A DNA stretch of 64,000 nucleotides, from positions 185,256,001 through 185,320,000 of the forward strand of contig OX597815.1 of assembly GCA_951406725.2 (NCBI GenBank), read 5' to 3'. The translations under genes and the position numbers were made by a program. The stretch is from Octopus vulgaris. Taxonomy: Eukaryota. This document shows positions 54,443-64,000 of the stretch, in pieces. The notes below the pieces were generated by a model. The model saw nothing but the letters and a program-made list of their open reading frames with translations, was not told the DNA's origin and ran no database searches. The stretch's first letter is position 1; every line of letters begins with the position of its first letter.

Positions 54443-54690
54443 TGCACCCTTTTAAAGCCTAGCCAGGCTCATGGGCCCGGTTTCCTGGTTTCAATGGTGT
54501 ATGTATTCCGCAGCTGGATGGGACGCCAGTCCATCGCAGTGTTACTCATTTTTTGCCTGCTGAGTGGACTGGAGCAACGTGAAATGAAGTGTTTTGCTCA
54601 AGAACACAACGCGTCGCCCGTTCCAGGAATCGAAACCACAATCTTACGACCATGGTGCTGACACCCTAACCACTAAGCCACGCGCCTCCA
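54443..54690 (-). mobile_element. SINE C2 subfamily
   Basis: Reverse complement of 48780-49025. Confidence 0.82.
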
Positions 54691-55847
54691 CTATACATAG
54701 ATACTTTAACATATAAATAGTCCGCCGCATAATCGTGCATTCATGCATGAATACCTTTGACACATATTATAAAAACACATAATAATGAATACTTTTGACA
54801 CACATAATAAACCGCTTGAGCCCTCTCATACCTGGGCCCCTTAACTTAACCCTTTCCCTTAGCTTCTAAGCATTAAAAAGAAGTAGTTAGATTGCAGGCA
54901 AACTAATGAAGAAAATCGGTAGCATCTTGGTGTTTTTTTCCTTCGTGTGTTGTTTATTACCGCCTTACCAGGAATCCAACAGAGATTATGTTTAAACTAT
55001 TCCCGCTATGGTGCGAATATGGCGTGACGGAGTTAATGATATAATGCAATTATGAAATATCCAAACGAGGATTTTTGTTAGTTGCAGAAGAGATACGTGT
55101 TTCAGGCATGTTGTATATAAAAATTATTTATATATTTTTGGCAGGAATGACCTGCAGATTTTTTTATAGCTGAATTCTTATTCTTTTTATTCAATACTAG
55201 TGTTTACATTCTGCATATTATAGATGCATTTTTTATGCATGCGTAAATTACGGCAGAAATTCGACGCTATGAATTTATACCTTCGAAAATTAAACAAGTG
55301 AGGAGAAAAAACACCGGATATATTACGTATAGAAAATATGGTATATACTTAAGAGCCCTGGTTGCTGTATGTTTCACTCAGTGTTTACATTGTAAGTCAC
55401 AGTTGATCTAAAGAGTTACTTGTTTTACCACATAACATACATTGCAAGTGTTTGATGCATAAATTGACCTGACGTATGCAAATGAATCAAACGGTGGCTT
55501 TATGTTATATATATATATATATAAATTGAGATAGGGGTTGTAAAAGGCTAATATTGGTAAAATGAGACATACTTATCTACATGGCCGAAACAGCTGTAAG
55601 ATGTAACCTATACTTATATTTATATTTACTTATATTTATATTCTCTTTTATATATATTCTACTTATTATACAACATTACTCTTTTATGTGCACTTTTTTA
55701 TGTACATTCCTTTATGTACACTGATTTGTTCTGCTTTTTGTATCTAACCCTACAGTCTCTTATGTGGTGGTTTAATAAAGTATGTGATTGAGTATTATCT
55801 GGTAATTGATATTTGATTTAGATGTATTTCTCCATTTTCTTATCTTG

Positions 55848-55878
<31 letters not shown>

Positions 55879-56809
55879 ATTTAGGAATGGTCATGTTGCC
55901 AGTTTAGCCAATAAAAACATACGCACTATATATTTGGTGTTAATTTGCTTCAGCTTTATTTATTTCTTACATTAATCTTAATCTTATTTCGGCCAGAGTT
56001 CTTTCGTCTCACTTCTGTGACCTCATCAATGATCCTTTGCTTTCTTCTTTATATTTGTGTGTCTCTCCTTACTACAAAATGGAATAAGGTGTGTGCGGTT
56101 ATCTATGGCAACAAAAGAACTCTAAAGAAAAAGAAATAGATAATCACTATGTTGTAAGCATTATACATTTAAACTAATAAAATATTAAACGGGTTCTTTT
56201 AATAAGTAATTTTGTCTATGCTCGACTGAATTATATTCAAGTATGTCAAATAAATATAATTTAAAGAAGGGCCAAGTTGCCGCAATATGTTTAAAACTGA
56301 ATGAAGTTAGTCTTAAATATTTTTTCAAAGGAACTAAGGAATCAAAAATTAATTCAGTAAATTACTTCAGACTATTTATTGATTATATTGTCGCGAAGAT
56401 AAAACATTTCGTTGGGTTTTAAATATTTAGTATTTTGAAGAGTAAGAACGGCATTAGGATTTGAAACTAAGCAACAGATATTTAAGTACGTCTTTTGTGT
56501 AGAAAAATTAAGTTTGAATATCGATGAAGCATATCAGTTTAATTACGATAATCTTTTAAACAATTTGCTACGTGGAGACAGAGAATAGAATTAGTATGAT
56601 ATGTGTATCTATGTGTTTGTATGTATGTATGTATGTATTTATATACACACATGTACACACACACATATATACATATGTATATAATTGTATCACTTAATCT
56701 ACCAAACATTCGGACAGTGTCATACACCGCTGTTCAAAGGGTTCTTTTAAGTCTTTCTTGTCCGAGCCTTCCTTTTCTATCTTGGTCTAAATAGTCTGTG
56801 ATTTTTTTA

Positions 56810-57530
56810 ATATATAAATCGACTTACCATCGTCGTAAAGATTTTCCGAGGGCCTTTCCAATCTTTTAGTTTCCATTCGGAAACTACACTGGTTCATCTG
56901 TTGTCTTTGAATCTTGCAACATTTTCTACGCAGCGGAATTTAGGCTTTTAGCTTTGGTAATCGAACCCACGATCTCGCAATCGTGAGTGCAACACCTTAA
57001 TCACTGACTGATCCGCCTTTAATATATATGCATATATGTATGCATATATTTCGGATATGCCCTCGCAATGATATGCCTACCATGGATATTCCTTCGTGAC
57101 ATAGCCAATTGATCTTATTCTCTCTTAGTTGTTGCCCATGTCTCATTTGCGTATAAGATCGCAGGTAGGACGATGCTGTTGAAGAGACTGACACATAGGA
57201 CCTTGTCCAGATTTGCTTTCAGCTCATTTTTACTCAGGTAAACGTCTACCATACGTCTATATTCTCTCCGAGATTTCGGCCTCCATTGAGCCGAGTAAAC
57301 GTAGTCCTTTATCTCTTCGATTACATTGCTGCCCATGTTTATTCAGCCTTAAGCTACCTTTCCAGGCTGTGCATATTTTGTTCGTTTTTAAAACCCACTG
57401 CTGGACTAAGGATACCCATCTTTAACAGCATGGTTTATAGCTGACCGGTGGTTTTGGCGAAGAGTACGCCATCTGCAAAATGGCCGTGTGTTAATATCTC
57501 ACTATTTCGCCATTGATGTTCAAACCACCT
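56810..57530 (-). mobile_element. Decayed RTE-clade RT fragment
   Basis: HFADGVLFAKT and LFNSIVLPAILYANETWATTK. Confidence 0.7.
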
Positions 57531-57534
57531 TTCT

Positions 57535-58053
57535 ATATCTGCGCGTGTGTGTGTGTGTCTGCATCTATATGTATTGATTTGTGAGTGTGTGCCCATGTAT
57601 ATGTGTCTGTGAGCGTGTGAGCATCTATATGTGTATGTTTGAGTGTGTGTGAATGTATATGTCTGTTTGTATGTGCGCATCTATATATATATCTGTGAGT
57701 GTGTGGGTATGCATCTATATGTATCTGTTTGTGAGAATGTGTGTTCATCTATATGCATCTGTTTGTGAGAGTGTGTGCATATATATGTGTCTGTGAGTGT
57801 GTGTGTGTGCATCTATATACATCTGTTTATGAGTGTGTGTATGTGTGCATCTATATGTATCTGTGAGCGTATGTGTGTGTGTGCATCTATGTATCTGTGA
57901 GTGTGTGCATCTATATGTATCTGTGTGTACATCTATATGTATCTGTGAACGTGTGTGCATCTGTATGTTTGAGTGTGTGTGCATGTATATGTCTGTTTGT
58001 ATGTGCGCATCTATATATATATAAATCTGTGAGTGTGTGCGCATCTATATGTA

Positions 58054-58083
<30 letters not shown>
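57535..58083. repeat. Degenerate minisatellite of about 26 bp (GTGTGTGCATCTATATGTATCTGTGA)
   Basis: Recurrent GCATCTATAT cores. Confidence 0.75.
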
Positions 58084-58084
<1 letters not shown>

Positions 58085-58311
58085 AAATGGTCCTATATTG
58101 ATAACACAAACAAGATTTCACTACATTACTTATAATGTCGCCCTTTATCGTGCGGGTGGTCGATAAAGTTGTAAGAATAAACAGGATAACATATAATGTC
58201 TAAGTTTAATTAAATATACGAATGTGACGTGGATACGTTTATTACAAATCAATAAAATGCATGCGTCTACCATACCCGTAATTACTAAAGACAATATGTA
58301 ATACGTGAAGA

Positions 58312-58315
<4 letters not shown>

Positions 58316-58363
<48 letters not shown>

Positions 58364-58579
58364 CGTGTAGTAGTAGTAGTAGTACGTGTAGTAGTAGTAG
58401 TAATATTAATAGTATTAGTACGTGTAGTAGTAGTAGTAGTAGTAGTAGTATGTGTAGTAGTAGTAGTAGAAGTTGTAGTAGTAATAGTAGTACGTGTAGT
58501 AGTAGTAGTAATAGTAGTAGTAGTAGTAGTAGTACGTGTAGTAGTAGTAGTACGTGTAGTAGTAGTAGTAGTAATACGT

Positions 58580-58624
<45 letters not shown>

Positions 58625-58703
58625 CGTGTAGTAGTAGTTGTTGTGTTGGTAGTTTTACTAGCAGTAGTAGTATTTGCACATGAAGTAGCAGTAGTGGTGG
58701 TAA

Positions 58704-58742
<39 letters not shown>
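58316..58742. repeat. (GTA)n microsatellite interrupted by CGT units
   Basis: Direct reading. Confidence 0.93.
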
Positions 58743-59623
58743 GTTAAAGAAAGGTTTATTTTTCGTTGATGATATGAATATTGAAGCCGAATTCGCAATA
58801 AGTATGAGCGGTGTAATAGAGAAAACAAACATTAGTAAAAGTATTCGTAGTATCTACACGAAAACTATGTGCAAATAGGCTTGTGATACTGGTAAGGAAG
58901 AAAAAAAGTTATAATGATATTGATTTTTGAGAAGTTCGGGTAATAAATTTTGTTAAGGAGACATTTTTAAAATAGAAACGAAATTCAGTGTGAATACAAT
59001 CTGAAAAGCAAGATTTAAATGTAAGATTTAAAATGAAAGTGAAACTGTGTTCAGGCAGAATAGATTTGTAGATATAGTAAGATCTATTAAGAAGAATAAA
59101 TTGACAATAACTATATATCATGTTAATGTAAAGGAAAAAAAAAAAACAAACAAAAAATTAGTGTTATGAATAAGGAGGGGGGGTTGAAGCCGCGAGCAAG
59201 CTTTTATATATATATGCAGATATCAAAGGCACGCATACATACAAACATACATACATACATACCATATGCACGAAAAACCACATGAATATGTGTGTGCACG
59301 TGTGTATGTGTATGTGCATGAGTGTTTATGTATTGTGTTTGTGTATATATATATATATATATATATGCATATGAATATATATATATAAACACATATGTGG
59401 GCGTATATATATATATATGTATATACATATGCATATATATATATATGCATATCCATATATATATATGTATATACATATATATATATATATGTATATACAT
59501 ATGCATATATATATTGCTCTGAGATTTATCATTGTCATATATATATAGATATATATATATGTATGTACATATGCATATATATATATATATGCATATACAT
59601 GTGTATATATACATATATGCATA

Positions 59624-59655
<32 letters not shown>

Positions 59656-59656
<1 letters not shown>

Positions 59657-59858
59657 TCTTTTATTCTTTTACTTGTTTCAGTCATTTCACTTATTCCATA
59701 CTGGAGCACCATTTTTAGTCGAATAAATCGATCCCAGGACATATTCTTTGTAAGCCTAGTATTTATTCTATCGGTCTCTTTTGCCGAGACGGTTGTCAAG
59801 CGATTGTGTGGGGACAGACACAAACAAACACACACACGCACACACACACACACACACA

Positions 59859-59907
<49 letters not shown>

Positions 59908-60067
59908 GACGGGCTTCTTTCAGTTTCCGTCTACCAAATCCACTTACAAGGTTTTGGTCGGCCTGAGCCTATAGTAGAATACACTTGCTGAAGGTACCAT
60001 GCAGTGGGACTGAAACCGGAACCATGTTGTTGGGAAGCAAGCTACTAACCACACAGCTACTCCTGCG

Positions 60068-60070
<3 letters not shown>
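59656..60070 (-). mobile_element. SINE family B
   Basis: Family match. Confidence 0.82.
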
Positions 60071-60107
<37 letters not shown>

Positions 60108-60165
60108 AAGATGTAGAGAGAGAGAGACAGACAGAGACAGACAGACAGACAGACAGACAGAGACT

Positions 60166-60552
60166 CGTGGAACTCCGTTGGTTACGACGACGTGAGTTCC
60201 AGTTGATCCGATCAACGGAACAGCCTGCTCGGGAAATTAAGGTGCAATTGGCTGAGCACTCCACAGACACGTGTACCCTTAACGTAGTTCTCGAGGAGAT
60301 TCACCGTGACACAGAGTGTGACAAGACTGGTCCTTTGAAATACAGGTACAACAGAAACAGGAAGAAAGAGTGGGAGAGAGAGTTGTGGTGAAAGAGTTCA
60401 GTAGGGTTCACCCCAACACACACAACTGCCGGAGACTCATAGAGCTTCAGAAGTTTTCGCTAAATAAACACTCACAACGCCCGGTCTGGGAATCGAAACC
60501 GTGATCCTACAACCGCGAGTCCGCTACCCCAACCACTGGGCCATTGCGCCTC
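60166..60552 (-). mobile_element. SINE family C
   Basis: Reverse complement of 28696-29078. Confidence 0.82.
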
Positions 60553-60593
60553 AACACATTATATATTACACATACACAGATACATATCCATAA

Positions 60594-60654
<61 letters not shown>

Positions 60655-60699
60655 TTACACATGCACAGATACATATCCATATTTATATATATATATATA

Positions 60700-60908
60700 G
60701 TTAATCCAAACAAGAAAACATTAAAAAAAAACAAAAAACACAACAACGCGAGGACGTGGAACAAATAAAGTATTATTGGACGCTCAGGAAAGAAGGGAAG
60801 AAGGAGGGTTTAACGTTTAGAGCGGAGCTCTTCGTCGGAAACATAGGTGAAGGAAAGATCCCGAGAAGGGAAGACAGAGGAAAAAAAATCGCCAGCGGTA
60901 CTCACGAG
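60700..60908 (-). mobile_element. Penelope-like pLTR remnant with a mutated minimal hammerhead, in (TA)n
   Basis: GTTT-CCGACGA-A-GAGC tcc GCTC-TAAA-CGTT-AAAC; shares TTCCTGAGCGT with 47341-47532. Confidence 0.5.
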
Positions 60909-60991
60909 ATATATATATATATATTACACATACACAGACACATATCCATGTAGCTATACACACACACACATACGCACACACACACACACAC

Positions 60992-61025
<34 letters not shown>

Positions 61026-61728
61026 CACTCACATAATATTGTATTATTGTATTAGTCATATACCCACTTGTGTTAACACTTGTAGTTTACGTATTAAAAA
61101 TTAAAATTGTATTTCGAAATATTTGAACAATGCTGCACTATATATCGTTATGAATATATGGAGGTGATGATAAATGTGTGTCGCAATGTAGTGTTGCCTA
61201 TTATAACAACATTATGTTAAGCATATTTTGCATGTATCTTTGTTCGAGTTTATTATTGAGAACAAATACGCATACGAGTTAATACTATGTTGTTAGAAAA
61301 TTTAAATTACATCGCACATAAAATACAATGTATTGGTTTATATGACAGACTGTGGGAATTAATAGAACAGTATAAAACTTAGATAATTTAAAATTGGAAG
61401 ATATCATAGTGTTCTGAAGCATAAGAGATGTAGGGTAATGTCCCATAAATGTCATATTACTTTTAGCATTCTAAGATAAATACATAAAAGACGCCATCGA
61501 ATACGTTTTGGGAAGGATTCATTTAAATAATGGTTGAACATCTGTTGTGGATTGTTCTCAATAAGTTAAGTTTATTGACGCTTTACCAAAGAAATTTTTA
61601 ATAAACATGAATGTAGCAATTCCCAGAATTAAATGCATATAACTAGGTAGACAAAAATTAAATATATTTTAAAATAGTTAATATAATACAGCGAAAGATA
61701 TAAACCTATTTTAAGAATAGATTTAAGT

Positions 61729-62100
61729 GCGAGTAGGGGTGTGTAGTAAAAAGCTTCCTTCCAAACCACATGGTTCCGGGTTCAGTCCCACTGCATGGCA
61801 CCTTGGGAAAGTGCCTTCTACTATAACCTCGGGCCTGCCAAAGCCTTGTGGGTGGATTTGGTAAACGGAAACTGAAAGAAGCTCGTCGTATATGTGTGTG
61901 TGTGTATATGTCTTTGTGTCTGTGTTTGTTCCCTCATCACCACTTGACAAACGATGTTGGTGTGTTTACGTCAGTAAAAGAGACCGATAAAATAAGTTCT
62001 CTTCTTTAAAAATAAGTTTTGGGTCGATTTGTTCGACTAAAACCCTCCAAGGCGGTGCTCCAACATGGCCGCAGTCAAATAACTGAAGACAGCAAAAGAA
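61729..62100 (+). mobile_element. SINE family B
   Basis: Family match. Confidence 0.8.
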
Positions 62101-62837
62101 CAGATCTGAATTTATTGATGGTTATTGTCATAAGTTCTCTATATCATAGCTATTGATACCAACTACAACCCTGCTAACATATTCAAATATTAAGATTTAT
62201 TCTTTTAACACCTTTTCAAAAGCTAGAGTTTAATGAAAAAATGCTGCCACTCGTCTTTTAAAAAGTTAACTATCTGCAACATATGGCACTCCTTATTATT
62301 AATATTTTAATTTTTACCCTTTGGTAACAACTATTTTTAGGGAGACACTTTTTAAATATAAAATATGATTCTGAAAATGCTACAAGTACATTTTCCATGA
62401 CTCACTTATCCCTTCACATAAGCTATAATAATTGCCTTCTGTAGGAACCTGAAAGATTTATCAAAAGGATTATTAGAAATATTTTCTAAAATTTCTCGTC
62501 TAAAGACGCAATAAAGACAATCACGCTTGAATAGCGCCAAAATGCCACTCTTATTATTTACTGCAACCATCCAAAGCTGATTTATTTTCAATGATTAAAG
62601 ATATCAAATTTATAAGGGACAAGAATATATTTTTCATAAAAGTGTTAAGAACTGTATAAGTTTAAATGCTAAAATCAAACAAAGATAAGTTTTAAATTTC
62701 GATTCAACAAGTATAAAACAGATACGTTAACCAAATAAATTTACCACACATTTCTATCTCAAACTATATGCTCGATCTATATTTAAAAACAAAAGATATG
62801 TTCTTTAAAAGTATATAAAAACAAATGACAAGAATAT

Positions 62838-63285
62838 TTATTTCTTCATTGCCCACAGCGGGGCAAAAGCTCGCGAGCAAAAGGGCAAAAACTCGCTCGA
62901 TAGAGGAGACAAACAAGGACAGACAAACGGATTAAGTCGATTATATCGACCCCAGTGCGTAACTGGTACTTATTTAATCGACCTCAAAAGGATGAAATGC
63001 AAAGTCAACCTCGGCGGAATTTGAACTCAGAACGTAACGACAGACGAAATAACTATTTCTTTACTACCCACAAGGGGCTAAACACAGAGAGGAGAAACAA
63101 GGACAGACAAACGGATTACGTCGATTATATCGACCCCAGTGCGTAACTGGTACTTATTTAATCGACCCCGAAAGGATGAAAGGCAAAGTCCACCTCGGCG
63201 GTATTTGAACTCAGAACGTAACGGCAGACGAAATACCGTGAAGTATTTTGCCCGACATGCTAACGATTGTGCCAGCTCGTTGCCC
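62838..63285 (-). mobile_element. SINE family A dimer
   Basis: Head plus two body units. Confidence 0.82.
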
Positions 63286-63464
63286 TATAAATGATAAAAA
63301 CATTGTCACAGAAGCAAGTTTATAGGACAGAGACACTAGTAATCAAACAAAAGAGCCTTATTTATTTTGCAAGATCACATAGCTAACATTATCAATCGCT
63401 CTTCAAGTAGACTTAATAATTCTTTCAACAAAAATTTTAACAAAATTAGTATATATAAAGCAGT

Positions 63465-63630
63465 GGATTGACAGATCGTTAGCACCCTCTGAATTCAGAT
63501 TCTGCCGTATCGACTGTGTCTTTAATCCTTTCGGGATCAATAAAATAAGTACCAGTTAAACATTGGGGTCCGTTTAATCGATGTAACCCCTCCCTCACAA
63601 CTTCTGGTCGTGTGCCAATATTTGAAGCCA
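63465..63630 (+). mobile_element. Old SINE family A copy
   Basis: Degenerate match. Confidence 0.55.
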
Positions 63631-63842
63631 ATACAAGTAAATGCATTTCGGATTTTATCAGCTAATCTTTAGCCTTAATCCATAATTACGTCTTTGGAAT
63701 AATTCCAATTCAGTAACAGATTTGTTTAATCTTATCCAGGATTTAAAACAACAATTTCCTTCGAATTTAATATATTTTTACTCTACAATCACTATACCTA
63801 TTGATACTTTTGCACTTAGCCATGCAAATTCGATCACTTTTA

Positions 63843-64000
63843 CTCTTTTAATGGTTTCAGTCATTTGACTGTGGCCACGCTGGAGCACCGCCTTTTAGTC
63901 GAGCAAATCGACCCTAGGACTTATTCTTTATAAGCCTAGTACTTATTCTATCAGTCTCTTTTGCCGAACCGCAAGGTGACAGGGACATAAACACACCAGC
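63843..64000 (-). mobile_element. SINE family B 3' part, running off the window
   Basis: Family match. Confidence 0.8.

Noticed and set aside
55975-56035. Hammerhead-like TTGATGAGGTCAC...GTGAGACGAAA on the minus strand
   Set aside because: The core is mutated and stems I and III cannot be closed convincingly.
58242-58832. Leu-rich and Val-rich ORFs
   Set aside because: (GTA)n microsatellite.

Overview
AT-rich, microsatellite-dense eukaryotic DNA, almost certainly from an animal. The tRNA-derived SINE families suggest a cephalopod (Octopus), but that is an inference. No complete host gene is visible; there are only weak candidate exons near 1.5-2.6 kb and 52.8 kb. Mobile DNA dominates: a near-intact full-length CR1/L2-group LINE, a 5'-truncated LINE of a second family, a full-length decayed mariner plus mariner relics, RTE and REL-type retrotransposon fragments, two non-autonomous Helitrons, a hAT MITE and many SINEs. 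The standout feature is at 5387-8615: about 5.6 head-to-tail copies of a 484-485 bp unit plus one inverted copy. Each unit encodes a type I hammerhead ribozyme inside an RNA folded throughout, with G-U pairs on one strand. This looks like a very recent genomic insertion of a retrozyme or circular-RNA concatemer. At least four other unrelated hammerhead-bearing elements occur in the window, including a tRNA-headed SINE, and most sit in or beside (TA)n tracts.
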